A DNA stretch of 64,000 nucleotides from NCBI RefSeq assembly GCF_006345805.1, contig NW_021833726.1, positions 1-64,000 of the forward strand, written 5' to 3'. Made by a program: the position numbers and the translations under genes. This DNA comes from Octopus sinensis. Lineage: Eukaryota. Below the pieces are notes generated by a model. That model was not told where the DNA came from. It worked only from the letters and a program-made list of their open reading frames with translations, and ran no database searches. Positions 24,686 through 38,668 of the stretch are shown in pieces. How positions within the stretch are numbered: the first letter of the stretch is position 1; each line of letters starts with the position of its first letter.

Positions 24686-25372
24686 AAAGAAAATTAAATT
24701 AATTTGCTTCCTAGCCATACAAACTTTTCGATGTGCTTTTTAAATGAAGAATTTTTATAACCTCAATGTTTTGGCACATATTTACCGTAGAATGTTGTCT
24801 AAGATAGACGAGTGGGAAACTATGAGTGTGTGTCTGTGTGTGTGTGTGTGAGTGTGTACGTGTGCCAGAGAAATAGAAAGCGAGAAAGAAAGAATGAGTG
24901 GGTACTACTCAATCGTCCCATAACAACTTTCGCCTTCTTTTCTTGGACCCTTCCATAATTTATATTAAACTGACTTCGGACGCGCATTTATTTTCTTCGT
25001 GCATTATTCCTTGATGATTTAAGAATTGTATCTAAATTATGGATAACATTCTTTGGAATAGCGACTATATTTCAAAATGAACAAGTATCGATTCTTGTAT
25101 GTATGTGTGTGTAGTGGGAGTGGTAGTGAGCGGTTTTGGTTTTAGTTGTGCATTTGTCTGTAACATTTTTAATGATTCCCAAGAAACCTAATATAAATCT
25201 TTTTTTTTTCTTTTGTTTGTTTCTTGTCCCATTATTTTACTTTCTCCGCATTTCCAGATCTTTGTATTTAGGTGCCTTCGCTAAATTCTTAGAGATATAT
25301 TTTCGACAGTTCGAATCGATACATCAATTAAGAAATATTTCATTATTTGTGTGTGTGTGTGTGTGGGTGTGT

Positions 25373-25447
<75 letters not shown>

Positions 25448-25644
25448 CGTGTGTGTCACCGCGGGTCTGTGTACGCTTCTGACATTGATACATGAGCAAT
25501 TTGTAAGAAATGACACGTCTCATTATAACATCGGCATTTAACTATTCGAAATAATTTGTGATGTAGATTCCTGTCAATGTTTTTTCTGTGGGGATTTGGT
25601 AATAATAGTTTCAAATTTTGGCACAAGTCCAGTAGCAATTGAGG

Positions 25645-25765
25645 GGAGGGGACGTCCAGGAAATCGACCCCTGTACTTGGCTGGTACTTATATAATAGAA
25701 AGGATAAAAAGCAAAGTCAACCTCGGCGGGGATATTTGGTGACAGAGACTCAATTTAGAACGGAA
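25645..25765 (-). mobile_element. CORE-type SINE fragment
   Basis: CTGGTACTTA..GGATAAAAAGCAAAGTCAACCTCGGCGG. Confidence 0.65.
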
Positions 25766-25789
25766 CAATCCGTACCTGTCATGCATGCA

Positions 25790-25895
25790 TACATGTACGT
25801 ATGTATGTATGTGCATGTATGTATGTATGTATGTATGTATGTATGTATGTATGTGCATGTATGTATGTATGTATGTATGTATGTATGTATGTATG

Positions 25896-25929
<34 letters not shown>

Positions 25930-26272
25930 TGTATCTATATGAATGTGTGTGCATATGTATGTGTGTGTATGTATGTGTGTGTATGTGTGTATATATGTAT
26001 GTGTGTATGTATATATATGTATAGAGTCGTTCTCTGTGTTTACTTGCCGTGTTTTCCAGTTTTTTCCTCACCTTGCTTGCGAATTTAACATGTTTGGTTT
26101 CGTATTTCATGTTGTTTACTCAGTTGGTGACGTCCGGTACCCATATATGCATATATATACGATTTATATATATATATATATATAATTTATATTATTATTA
26201 TATATATGTGTGTATATATATATATATGTATATATATACATACATACATACATACATACATACATACATACA

Positions 26273-26300
<28 letters not shown>
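25790..26300. repeat. (TATG)n, (TA)n and (CATA)n microsatellite cluster
   Basis: Directly visible. Confidence 0.9.
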
Positions 26301-26303
<3 letters not shown>

Positions 26304-26316
26304 GTATTTTATCTTT

Positions 26317-26509
26317 TTCTTGTTTCATTCATTAGACTGCGGCCATGCTGAGGCACAGTCTTGAAGAATTTTTTAGTCGAATGACTAGACCCCACTAATT
26401 ACTTTTTTCATTTAAGCCTGGTACTTATTCTACCGGTCTCTTAAACACATCAACACATCAACACCGGTTTTCAAACGGTGGTGTTGGGACAAATAGACAC
26501 AAAAACACT

Positions 26510-26543
<34 letters not shown>

Positions 26544-26780
26544 ATATATATATATATATAATATATATATATATATATACATGTATATATATGTGTGTGT
26601 GTGTGTGGTGTGTGTGTGTGTGTGTATTATACACAACGGGCTTCTTTCAGTCTTCGTCTGCTAAATCCACCCTCAAGGATTTGGTCGGCCTGAGGTTACA
26701 GTAGAATACTCTTGCACAAAGTATCACGTAGTGGGACTGAACCCAGAACCATGTGTTTAGAAAGCAAGCATCTTACTACC
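26317..26780 (-). mobile_element. Near full-length SINE with an internal (TA)n/(TG)n expansion
   Basis: Tail at 26317, head (GGTAGTAAGATGCTTGCT..GGTTCAGTCCCAC) at about 26730-26780; matches 53745-54095. Confidence 0.8.
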
Positions 26781-26792
26781 ATACAACCATCC

Positions 26793-26838
<46 letters not shown>

Positions 26839-27089
26839 ATAAACATATATGTGTTATTTTTCACCAATTTATGAAAAACACAGCGTTTGATTGTTTTTTT
26901 CTTTCTTCTTCATCAGTCTAGACTTATTCTACCATTACTTCTTCCATTCCATCATATGCCATTGGCAAAGTCTTCTGAGGTTTTGCCTGCAAACTGCGAT
27001 AAAAAAACAAATACTAAATACTTGCAATACTACAGTTGATATTATTTTAATAGTTTTCTACTTTGCATTAGGGTCCTAACTCCATGTAT

Positions 27090-27420
27090 TTATGATTAAA
27101 ATAATCTTTCTGTGTCGGCTTCCACGATGCTTATAGTAATCACATTTTAGTTTGGTTTTCCGTCTAGTCTCGCTAATTTACTTTTGCTTGTAGTTAAGTT
27201 TGTAGTAACTGTAACTTATTACTGTAACAACTATAGCATTGAGGCCTACTACCTTGCTTCTGTCCATTAATTCTGTGTTAAGTATTAATGAAGGTCGTCT
27301 GTAATATTCCTTCCCATTCTTCCATTTGTTTGTATTGTACACTGTCTAGTTCATTAATTCCTAAGTATGTGTACGCTTTTCAGTCAAATTCTCTTCTCCC
27401 TATTTCTTTCCGAACTGACG
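27090..27420 (-). mobile_element. Degenerate R4/Dong RT fragment
   Basis: Minus strand AYTYLGINELD..KEYYRR..ILNTELN, RT domain 7 and downstream, frameshifted. Confidence 0.6.
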
Positions 27421-28147
27421 TTTGGTGTTCTTAATTAATTTTCCTTACGAGTGTATGCATAAGCGTAGCAACGTGACGAAGATCTCACTTCACAATTTTG
27501 TGGTTACGGATTCGATTTTACAACGCCGTCACTTCGTGTTTACTAACTGCTTTCTATCATTACTTCTTATTAACAAATGCCTTTATAAATGAGATTTAGT
27601 TAACAACGACTGAGAAATTTATTTGAAACATGTTAGAGATAATTTTCCTTTCTGGTCGATAGATCTAATCTGTTACCTGGTTCAACACCCTCACTTGATC
27701 CTTGTGCGAATTTAGATAAGGATTCTATATAAGAATTCCTGTCAGGTTCCGGTCCGGTGATACCTTTCTCCCCTCCTATCAACAGCTATGGGAGACCTTA
27801 AAATGATCCATGCGTACTGCGCTTCCTTCTAACACTAACTCATTAGAAAAGAAAATAACATTTCTAATTCTTTCTAAGTCTATGTTTGGTGCAATTCTAT
27901 TAGCTCTGCATTCCATCTAACATAAAATTAGTGCTTTTAATTTTTCCTCTCCAATCCGACTTTTATATCTTTAATATCAGTTTTTCAAGCGTTCAGTTAA
28001 TAGTAAAATTTCTAGGTGCATGGCCACCTGCAGCATACGATAAAGAGTTATCTTTATACAAAAGGCATTGAGTGTCCTTTCACATCATTTGTATCTGAAT
28101 CTAGCCAGTTTTAATATGTTTAAATACGTTAACACCGTGTAGAAACA

Positions 28148-28440
28148 GGCGCATTGCTTGGTTGCTAGGAGTATTCGGATCACGAACGTAAGGCTGTGAA
28201 TTCGAAAACAGGCGGCGCGTTGAGACCTTCAGCGAGACACTTTTTGTTTTACGTTGCTCCAGTCCACTCGGCTGGCAAAAATGGGTTGTACCAGTAATTC
28301 CAAAGGGGGTCAACCTTGTCACACTCTGTGTGTCCCACTGAATCTCCTTGAGAGATCTACGCTAAGGATTAATTCATGTGTCTATGGAGTGCTCAGCCTC
28401 TTGTACCCGACGGAGTGCCACCCCAAGAGTTAAGTGGAAG
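28148..28440 (+). mobile_element. tRNA-headed SINE, second family
   Basis: GGCGCATTGCTTGGTTGCTAGG head; TTGCTCCAGTCCACTCGGCTGGCAAAAATGGG central domain. Confidence 0.6.
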
Positions 28441-28507
28441 AGAAAAGATGAACTGGAGCAGTGTGGCGATGAGTTTTGCTAATACTTTATGCTTTTTCTC
28501 TTTTTCT

Positions 28508-28585
28508 CTTTTACTCGTTTCAGTCATTTGACTGCGGCCATGCTGGAGCACCACCTTTAGTCGAGCAAATCGACCCCGGGACTTA
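28508..28585 (-). mobile_element. SINE 3' tail fragment
   Basis: TTTCAGTCATTTGACTGCGGCCATGCTGGAGCACCACCTTTA. Confidence 0.75.
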
Positions 28586-28837
28586 ATGCATAAATCTACA
28601 ATTTTATACGTCATATATCGTTGGTTGAGTGAGAAAAGTCTGAATGTCTTGCTATCTTCTATTTGCTCTTTTGTGTAACTTTTAAAAATATTCGCTCCGT
28701 ATGGACGCTCAGCGGTTTTACTTGTTCTCTTTCAACGTTTCTTGAATTGCTTTCATTGGTTATTTTGTTTTGATATTCGTTTTCTGGGATCCTTACGTTT
28801 TCTCTTATATGTCATAATTTCTCCAATTTTTAGACGA

Positions 28838-28898
<61 letters not shown>

Positions 28899-29061
28899 GT
28901 GTGCGTGCGTGCGTGCGTGCGCGTGTGTAGCTGTGGGAAAACACATTGTATATGGTCGCTGCAGGAAGTCAGAGAAAGACAGACGCGTTTCGCTTTTGTG
29001 GTCAAGTCAATGCGGTGCACCTCATTGTCACCTTCTTAAACGAAATTTTTATTTCAATACA

Positions 29062-29130
<69 letters not shown>

Positions 29131-29392
29131 TAATAATAATAATAATAATAAAATGGGGAACTATTGAATTTCCTTAACATTTAAAAACTAATACTAATTA
29201 TAATAAAAATAATGATGGTTTATTTGTTAGCCATATGAAGAGCTCACCATAAAATACAAAACATTTCATACAGACAAAATTAAAAACATGTCTCAGTATC
29301 TAGCGATTTCTAGCCTTTATGCCGCCTTAATTTATCGTATTCACACACACACACACACACACATGCACACACAACACACACACACACACACA

Positions 29393-29431
<39 letters not shown>

Positions 29432-29439
29432 ACATTCTG

Positions 29440-30009
29440 ACTGTATCAAGGAGATAGACAAAATTTAAGCGTTCAGACACCATAAGGACACTTTAATTCA
29501 TCCAGCGGTTATGGATAATACTTTTTGACGATGATTTCAGATAATTAGTAAGAGTCCTCGTCAAAAGCCTTCAGGTGTCGGCATACGGACTATCAGAACT
29601 GTGGTGCATGAGGACATTCGACACAGGTCGTATGTACTGAGGAGAGGCCAAATCGTTTCAGCAAAAGCAGAAGAAAACCGTTTGATCTGTACCAAGCAGT
29701 TATTTAGTAAGGCTAAAAGCTCTTACGAACATGGTATACTTTGGTTTGTCTCTGACGAGACAAATTTCGACCAAGACCAAAAGTATAACAGGAGAAATGA
29801 TAGATGGGTATGTGCAAATCCTGGTCGTGTCCACAGAGGGATGTCCACTAAGTTCCCAGCAACTATGATGGTTTTAGGAATGGTGAGTAACGGATATCAT
29901 GTTATGCCACCTCATATCTTTAACTGGGGCCTTAAAATTAATGTTGCTGGATACGTTGAAGAGTATCAGGCATATATACATACACACGTACATACATATA
30001 TATATATAA

Positions 30010-30067
<58 letters not shown>

Positions 30068-30591
30068 ATATGTATATATATATAGAGAGAGAGAGGGGGA
30101 GGGAGAGAGAGGGGGAGAGAGAGTTGTTAAGCCCTGAATGGATGAAGTACTCAATGAAAGGGCATACGAGTTTCAACAAGTCTCGGCACTTCACAAAGCT
30201 TACGTAAGGCAAGAATAGATGTTAGACAATTTTTTATGATCACGTGTCATCAAAATTGTAACCTCCAAATCAGATTTAAATGCCATGGGCTATAATGTTT
30301 GGAGCATTGTTGAGAGGAAGACTAGGCAACATCCTCAAAATGCCATAGCTTCACTGAAGGCTGCCATTGTTCAGGTGATTTCTGAAATAAGTAAAAGCTA
30401 TTTGGTGTAGGCTTGTCAAATATTCTGGTCCTGCATTGAAACAATCATCAAAGATAAAGGTGGAGTCACAGAATAATCTTAGAAGAAGGCTTATCGACAA
30501 CTTGTCCACGAAATTTTATTCGGCTTTTGATAAATTAAAGTTGTCTTTTTGAATTACCAAATATATCTCCAAATACCTCGCACACCTTGTA
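29440..30591 (+). mobile_element. Degenerate maT (DD37D-like) Tc1/mariner transposon
   Basis: WFVSDETNFDQDQKYNRRNDRW, TKFPATMMVLGMVS..HVMPPHIF; after the insertion VVKP*MDEV..FQQVSA..NAMGYNVWSIVERK; 3' end CACACCTTG-TA. Confidence 0.85.
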
Positions 30592-31329
30592 TCGTTTCGT
30601 TTTTCTCCTGGGACGTTACTATCTGTATATACTATCTGCATATTACTGTGTATCTATCCTTGTAACTCAACCGTCAAAGCCTTCACAGATCTGACTGTAC
30701 GTCGCTCCAACTGTATGTAGATCGATGTGGTACCTTAGCTTTTTCCTTTTGCTTCTACACAATCGTTTGGTTTTGCAATGGCGATAATTATCATACCATT
30801 GGTAATTTCTATTTGGAAAATAATTTCAAGCTTATTATGTGCGACATGGTAGCTTGTCAATATGTTCAATTTTAAAGTTACTTTTACATTGTAACATGTT
30901 AGGCTGAGTGACGTTCATATGAGACTAAGGAATTCTTCCTTGAAACAGTTGAAATGTACTGGTAATATCTTTATTTTGCAAACAAGTTTTCCCCTTTCGT
31001 ATATTGACGAAATGGACTAGTTCATATCCACTCACACAAATTTCGAACTATAAAAACACACTTTAAGCATTAAACTGACAACGAATAAAGTACGAACTGG
31101 GATAATTTGCAGAAGATTTCATATAATGTGAAAGGAAAACTTATGATACTTTTATTTTATCGATACTAACCCTAAGAATAGTTTTAGTAATTTGACAAAC
31201 AATAAGAAGAGCATTCAAGTCCAAGAAAAAGTCTAGGCATATCGCGAATATAGTGAGATACAAACCTACCCCGAAATCCTTACTACAGTGAAGGGGTAGC
31301 GCAATTGGAACTTGTCCTGATTATTACAT

Positions 31330-31620
31330 AATATAGGCTTCAAATAAAAGTGAATATGAACCGGAAGGCTTTGCACCAAAACACATGCAATTTAAATCTT
31401 GAAAATTACTTTTCTGATCAGAGTGATTTGGGCGATTCGCTTCGCAATGGCAACAACGTACATCTTTGCCTGCAAAAATTACTTTACAGATATCGCTTCC
31501 AAGGAGGAAGTTTTAGATATGGACTTCATTTTGAGAAAATATTTTCAATTGTAACTTAAAAATGTCTTCCCGCTCGCAGTATCCCGAGTTATAACAAACG
31601 TTTCTTCAAACAGTAAACAA
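31330..31620 (+). mobile_element. Possible hAT (Charlie-like) transposase C-terminal remnant
   Basis: Frameshifted LENYFSD..W.IRF..FTDIAS..QYPEL, reminiscent of the hAT dimerisation region; weak. Confidence 0.3.
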
Positions 31621-33284
31621 AAAGAAGAGACAGAACACGAATGCTTTGCAAAAATATGCATAATACTTTAAAAGGAAAACATAATATTGGAAACCAGGAC
31701 ATACCATAATAACACTAGAAGTAGCTTTAGTGATTCAGGTAGCAACAACAACAGTACTCACTCTCTAATATAAGTTGCCCCAGCAAGAATTTTACAAATT
31801 AGCATTGGGAAAATTTGATTGGATGAAGTCTTGTTTGAAAAAAGTATGAGCTGTCGCAAAAGACTGTATTGACTTTCCAAGGATTTGCGATAGAGCTAAT
31901 GAACAGAGACGTGGCATATTTTTGCTTCGCGAAGAAACAGTGAGTATTTCTCTGTGTCCTTGGTGAAACAATAGAAGGAGGATTTGTTCATTGTATGGAT
32001 TCATGTGCTGCCAATCGACTTAACCAAAGCATAGGGTGTTGCCTTCTTAGCCAAGACTAAGGTCGATGCTGACACGGATATAATGCGGCGGATACCCATC
32101 TATAGTCGAGTAAGGTCGTAGTACGAGGATCAGTACAATACATGGGTAACAAGAGGATCAGAAGCATCGGTGACAACATTTGGTCCTGATTCATTGTCAC
32201 CTTTCAAGTGCGGAATGTTCAAATACAATGAGCGAAGGTGATGAGAAATAACATGTAGGCTGAAAAAGGTGACCATTAACTTGTAAGTTCTTGCGATCTC
32301 CGAAAACCATTGGACTATTCATAAACTCTGTCATGTAACGGGCACAAATAAAAAGCGAAGTGGCTGGTGGTGGTGGTGGGGAGTAGAAAGATGGAGAGGA
32401 GCGGCGGATAACAACAACAAAAACGGCTGGTTCCGGAGACTTGTTTCAGCAGTAATGACAGTCGAATCTTCGGTAATGGCGGAAGAGACCGCCTCGACCT
32501 CGGTTTCAGAAGCCGAAGCGACCGAAATCCCTTTCCTTGTATTACCATTATTATTATCCTACTGACATGTTACAATGAGGAACGGATGGCATTTTGAGAA
32601 AAGCGGCAGAAGATTGTGAGAAAACAGGATCAAAGAAAGATCGCAAAAACAAAACTCCTAGAATACAAAGGAAAGCGCCACTGCCCGGAAAAACAAGAAC
32701 TTCATCGTGCTAAGAAAGAGCAACGTAAGTCTGAGATGCGTTCTTGGTGTTTCCAAAGACGATAATGAACGATAACGGTGGGGAGGAAAATGTATGGCAA
32801 AAGAGATAAGCGAAAGCTAGGAATTGTAAGGAAAACCATATCAATGCTCTATCTAAGCATAGGTTGTTGATCAAGAAGAAAAGGCAATTTTTGTTTTTTA
32901 CTACAACCAATGCATAAAATGTCCATGGACGCCTTTTGGAACATCTGATTTCAATACAATGGGAAGTAGGCAGGTAGAATAATTGTGCTTTTACTCCACC
33001 AGCTCATCGGTTTTCGGTCCTCTGTGGTTGGGTTATCCAATTTGCGCTTAAATGTTGTGAATTATATCTCGTCCTAAATACTGATTTTTATATTCAAAAG
33101 TCATTGGAATGCAACTAAAGAGAGGAGCCGCCTGGAAGGGTTTAGTCAAAGACTCATCCAGTACTTATCTTAACATCTGTGCTTAGTCCACCGCACTTCT
33201 TTTTTACTGAAGCACTAAGTTACTAAAATGTAGACATACCAACAATTGTTCTCAAGTGATGATGGGATAAAAACACAAAAACTC

Positions 33285-33349
<65 letters not shown>

Positions 33350-33359
33350 TATATTTACG

Positions 33360-33510
33360 ATGATCTTCCACTTAGTTGGCACTTCCAAATTCATTCAGAT
33401 GGCATTGGTCGGCCTAAGACTATAGTGAAAGTTACATGCGTTCCAAATCAGGCCTTGGCATTGAGACCCCGTGTTTGCGAGGTGAAGTTCTTAACCCAAT
33501 AGCAACATCA
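33360..33510 (-). mobile_element. SINE 5' half, degenerate
   Basis: Matches the 26640-26780 family head. Confidence 0.55.
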
Positions 33511-33708
33511 GCGTCTATAATGCTATATCCATTCCATTTTGTTTTAAATAATTCAAATATTTATGTTCGTTGTAAAATGTCCTCACTTCACCCTCCATTT
33601 CTTTATAACTTTTTACTTATTGCGCGTTTGTAAACAATATGCCGATGTTTTTATTTAGTTTTATGCATAAATTAGCAGCAAATACAGAAATTACTTTTAT
33701 TATCATTG

Positions 33709-34208
33709 TTGAGTGAAAGAGCAGTGGCCACCATCAAAGTGACACTGGAGTATAATACACGAGGGTACATGAAGCACATGCATCACGACCATATATGCGC
33801 GACATGGTGATTTCATATCAAGGTATACATTTCATGATCTTGAATGGTGGGGTCCAGTTAGAATTTTCTTCGGGTCGAGTAGCCCACCCCTCTGAAAAGG
33901 TCCACGAATAAGGGTTGTTTAAAGATGATAAACATAACACCCATGTTTCCAAAGGTGAATTATTCTAACTCAAAGAATTCCTCTCAACACATGGCTATGA
34001 TGCTCACCAACTACTTCTGCTCGTGATCAGAGATGCACATATCGTCAGCCAACAAGGGGCATGCTCAACTGGTTAAGGTCAAGCAAATGACAAGCAAATC
34101 TGTGTATTGAGCAAAATATTTGCTGTAGCCCATCTTGTACACCAAGGAAAAATATTTACATGTTAACATTACCAATTAAATTAAGATCAGAAGCCATGAG
34201 ATCCACTG
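33709..34208 (-). mobile_element. Second copy of the ~540-bp (TAA)-tailed retroposon
   Basis: Reverse complement of 5117-5655. Confidence 0.8.
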
Positions 34209-34224
34209 ATTTGTATTTATTCAG

Positions 34225-34265
<41 letters not shown>

Positions 34266-34274
34266 TTATTATTA

Positions 34275-34299
<25 letters not shown>

Positions 34300-34307
<8 letters not shown>

Positions 34308-34520
34308 CATTCAGTAGTTTTATTTTTATAGCGTGCTTTCACTTCACTACCGAGCACAGCTCTGTGTGCCTTGGGTATGTGCTGTGATTTGTTGTGATGC
34401 TCTGATGGTTATTGTATGGAAAGTGTTCTGCGTAGGATGTGTGCAGTGCCTAGTAGTGCAATTTTCTGTATGTTATATGTGTTTGTAAGTCCTGGTGTTT
34501 TTGTTATGTATTTGTCTATT
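34300..34520 (-). mobile_element. Severely 5'-truncated Dong element within a (TAA)n array
   Basis: DKYITKTPGLTNTYNIQKIALLGTAHILRRTLSIQ* plus 3'UTR, with (TAA)n on both sides. Confidence 0.85.
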
Positions 34521-34533
34521 ATTATTATTATTG

Positions 34534-34592
<59 letters not shown>

Positions 34593-34714
34593 TTGTTGTG
34601 GTTGTTGTTAAAATCATTACAAGTTATAATAGTAAGAATGTTGTCTAGAGATTCGGTGACAAGTTTCTCAAATTTCAAGAAGCTTTCTTAAGATTCTTGC
34701 AGAATACAGGGTTG

Positions 34715-34985
34715 CATTTTTCTGCAGGTTGAAAATCCGAGACTCAATTCCAGTAATTGAGAGTTGTGTAAAGTGCATCAGTTACCGTAGGAATAGTTGT
34801 TATTTTAGTCTTCCACAGTCTTTCCCGTCTTTTTGTGTTCAAATTCCGCCGAGGTTGACTTTGCGTTTCATCCTGTTGGATTTGCTAGAATACGTACTTG
34901 TCAAGCACTTGCGTGAATGTAATCGATTAGACCTTTACACCCCAAAATTTCAGGCCTTATGTCTATAGTGGAAAGGATTATTATA
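34715..34985 (+). mobile_element. CORE-type SINE, degenerate
   Basis: GTGTTCAAATTCCGCCGAGGTTGACTTTGCGTTTCATCC..CAGGCCTTATGTCTATAGTGGAAAGGATT. Confidence 0.7.
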
Positions 34986-34989
34986 TAAT

Positions 34990-35570
34990 ATTGCAAAGAC
35001 TATGATCTCACACAACTTCTTTCGTCTTCTATCTAGTTTTCTTGCTTCTTTAGAATATTCAATCTTTATGAGAATACCCCATAAAATCTTTTAATTTTTA
35101 TTGTCTATCACAGCCTCTGGCTTATGTTCATACCACTTTTCCGCTACTTTGGCTCCACACACTCAGCTAACAATCGGTCACCCTTGCATTTATACTTATT
35201 TTTGTGTGCCAGTTTACTTCATCTTCTCAAGAGATGCTTAATTCTTTCGACTCCTATTCGCAGAAAGTTGTGCATTTGCTCTCTGAGTTTTACCAATTTT
35301 TGCCGTTATCAAATTCCTCCTAATGGCTTGTCCTTGAGCAGCTATAATTAGTGTTTCGGTTTCTCGTTTCATATTTCCATACGTTGATCACAGCAGCCTC
35401 AGCTTTACTGCATGAAACAGCCATGAAATATTTTTCTTCTATCTGCTTCCTTTCTTATTCTTCCTTCTGTTCTTGAATTTTCCTGCTATTTTGGTAATCT
35501 TTCAGACATTTCTAACCGCTGATAGCGTTCTTTCTTCATTACATATCACATAGTGTTTTTAAACCCGATA
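34990..35570 (-). mobile_element. Degenerate Dong fragment (RT end to RLE start)
   Basis: Minus strand MKRETETLIIAAQGQAIRRN..WYEHKPEAVIDNK. Confidence 0.7.
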
Positions 35571-35619
35571 TCGTAATAGAAACGCTGTCTTCTGAGTTTA
35601 GCGTTTCTCTGCCTTACTT

Positions 35620-35790
35620 CTACATCGGTAAGTAGAGGTTATCGATAACGTATTATTCGTATAGACATTCTGTGTTCAAATTCTGCCGAGGAGGTCCGTT
35701 ACCTATCATTCTTTTCCGGTCGATAAAATAACTACCAGTTGAGTACTAAGGTCGATGTAATCGACTTACACCTCCACCCACCAAAATGTG
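35620..35790 (+). mobile_element. CORE-type SINE, degenerate
   Basis: GTGTTCAAATTCTGCCGAGG..CGATAAAATAACTACCAGTTGAGTAC..GTCGATGTAATCGACT. Confidence 0.65.
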
Positions 35791-35835
35791 TAACAACTAT
35801 TATTATTATTATTATTGTCATCATCATCATCATCA

Positions 35836-35904
<69 letters not shown>

Positions 35905-35929
35905 TATTATTATATATTATTATTATTTT

Positions 35930-36570
35930 CTTTTTATCACAGGTTTTGTTGGAACTCCTTGAATCTTACATGCGTAGCGGACTTACCACCTGCAGCCTAC
36001 GGTACCATGCTATTTGCTCTTTTCAGCTATCTGATACGTTCCTGATTATTCTGGTTATGCCAAGGAGGTAAACCTTTCGTAACAGTTCTACAGGGCAAGC
36101 TATTCCAATTTTCTTTATATTCCCCTTGATGCCTTCTCATACTATTCCGAAGGACCCAACAATAATTGACACTATCTGCACTTTCTTCATTTTCTATAAC
36201 CGGTCAATTTCGTACTTAAGAGGGTTGTATCTATCTATCTTTTTGTTTTCCCCCTTGATTATTAATGGGTCAAAGGGGCATGCAACATCAACTATATAGC
36301 ACATGTGATGCACCTTGTCCGCCACCGCTAGGTCCGGTCTGTTATACTCTAACACCTGATCTGTTTGAATTAGGAAATCCCAGAGGATTTTGCTAGTCTC
36401 CGACTCCTCCACTCTCTGTAGTTTGTGCTCATACCACGTCTGTTTTTGCTCATACCACGTCATAAAACAGAGAAAAAGACACCACCCTTTCCTCTTAATG
36501 ACAGTTAGAAAGACAGTAAAAGCGTTCGAAGAGAAATGCACTTTCCGTGGAGAGGAGATCTTCTGGGGGT
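35930..36570 (-). mobile_element. Dong 3' end (RLE domain, 3'UTR, (TAA)n tail at 35800-35930)
   Basis: KILWDFLIQTDQVLEYNRPDLAVADK..IVDVACPFDP..KIDRYNPLKYEI. Confidence 0.88.
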
Positions 36571-36773
36571 GAGGAATTCTTGTTTTAGGTGTTGATCGTT
36601 CTTGGTGTGTATTTTGAAATTATTGTATGTACTTATATAAACCTAAAATGTTTCCTGATATTTATTTGTACATAACTTTTTGCATCAATCTACAAATCTC
36701 AGTAAGTCTCGGTTTAACATTGTATTACGCATTTCATTGTACGTTTCGTGTCCTTCTAGCTTATAAACAATTA

Positions 36774-36836
<63 letters not shown>

Positions 36837-36869
36837 TATTATGGTTTGGCTCAGGTACGGTCTTATTCC

Positions 36870-37870
36870 TGGTAGGATTTATATGGATAACCGGTTACCA
36901 CCAGTAACCTTAGGTATCCATAAGTTTTCAGCAGTCCCCAATCTTCTTCTTCTTCTTCTGCTTCTTCTTCTTCTTTGTTTCTCGCTCCTGTTTTATTTTC
37001 TTATATTCTGTTTCAGTCTCCAGCTTCTTCCTCATCTGACAGCTGAAATAAGCCTTCCTCAGCTGCTTCTTCTTACATATTCTTTTATGTCCCATTCTGC
37101 CATCTTTACACAGTCTTCTATTGATATCAGTCCCTGGCCCCACCGTCCTTCGTGGAGGGTATAACCTATCGACACTGTCGCTGGGATGTGGCAACCTGTA
37201 CACCGACGTTGTCCTTCTGGTTTTACAATATATATATATATCTCACTTCTTTTTTCGTTCAGTTCAGGAAAACAAAACATTATCGTATTAGAGATGCTGC
37301 TTATGTGTTAACTACAGAGATGCTTTTTCTCTCCATTCAATTTTGAGCTTAGCACCTTTTTCCCCTCTCTTGAGATATTCGCTTCTCACCTTTTTAACAG
37401 AACACATAATTATTTGTAACTGTCGCCCTCATTCAATGCTCGGAACGATGTCTTATTTGGAAGTTCAATCACTTCTGACTTGATATTTAGCATCGCACAT
37501 TTATCTATTTCAAGCCCTTTCTTCTGTGTCGCTTTTCTGCTGGTATTCTATATACTACTGGCATTCTTTCATGGTTAATACTGAGTGACCAGAAACGATT
37601 GTGTTGCTTTCGGTGGATTTTAATTGAGTAGATTATCACAATCAAGAATCCATCAATTCCTACATCAAGAGTTTCACGCTTCTCAGTTTAAATTGCAGTT
37701 TTCTCTTGCCTACTTCCAATCAGTTCAGCTTTTCTTCTTCAAGTATTGGTCATGCTAGAGCTTTACATGGATTTGTTTTATGATGGAAATTTGTAGACCT
37801 AATCTTCGCTTAGATTTTATCTGTTCCATAATTTTTGTGGCTTCATCGTTTTCTTTCTTTTATTATCATT
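36870..37870 (-). mobile_element. Multiply deleted Dong copy (N-terminal region, RT end, 3' end; (TAA)n tail 36770-36840)
   Basis: HPSDSVDRLY, GRWGQGLISIEDCVK, YAA.LIR N-terminal motif, LGTA end. Confidence 0.7.
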
Positions 37871-38499
37871 TCAATTTGTTTTGTATTTGTTGTCTTCCCT
37901 GAAAAGTGAAAACATTTAAAATTTTTTATTTGCGTTTAGTAGCTATTTGTATAAATTTATTATAGTTTACCAACCTACGGTGACTATTTTATAATAGTGC
38001 TTTATTATTTGCAGCAAGTCCCTCATATTGCGTTCACGGTAAATATAGCAATTCTCTGTTAGATCTTTGGTGGTGTATTCTAAATGTAGTCATTATCTAC
38101 CTTGATTTTCTCTCTGGTCTTGCTTGTTCATTTAGCGTAGAATATTATAACTGCAACTTATCACTGAGACAGCTACAGTATTGATGCCTATTAGCTAGTT
38201 GTTTTCACCTATTCATTTCCTTTTCGTTAATTTGTGTGTATTGTACACATTGATTAGGAATCAATGAACTAGATAAAGATCATTGATTATTAAGTCATTT
38301 GTATGTCTTTGTCAGGTAAAAATTCTCTCGTCGTAATTTCTTTATCTAGCATTATTTGAGTATTCTTAATTAATGTTCCTTCTTTTAAGATTGCCTGGGC
38401 ACCTTCTTCTAAACTGAATCACATATAGATTTCTTTGATAAACCTGTCTTTTGGGTGCCATAGCATTTCTAATTGCTTATCATTTGAAATGCTTATCCT

Positions 38500-38617
38500 T
38501 TTCATCATCATCATCACCACCACCACCACCACCACCACCACCACCACCACCACCACCACCACCACCACCACCACCACCACCACCACCACCACCACCACCA
38601 CCACCCACCACCGCCAC

Positions 38618-38668
<51 letters not shown>
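38500..38668. repeat. (CAT)n(CAC)n(CAT)n compound microsatellite
   Basis: Directly visible. Confidence 0.98.

Noticed and set aside
32334-32574. Solo LTR (TGTAAC..GTTACA, 241 bp)
   Set aside because: Termini fit, but there is no TSD, PBS or PPT and no second copy.
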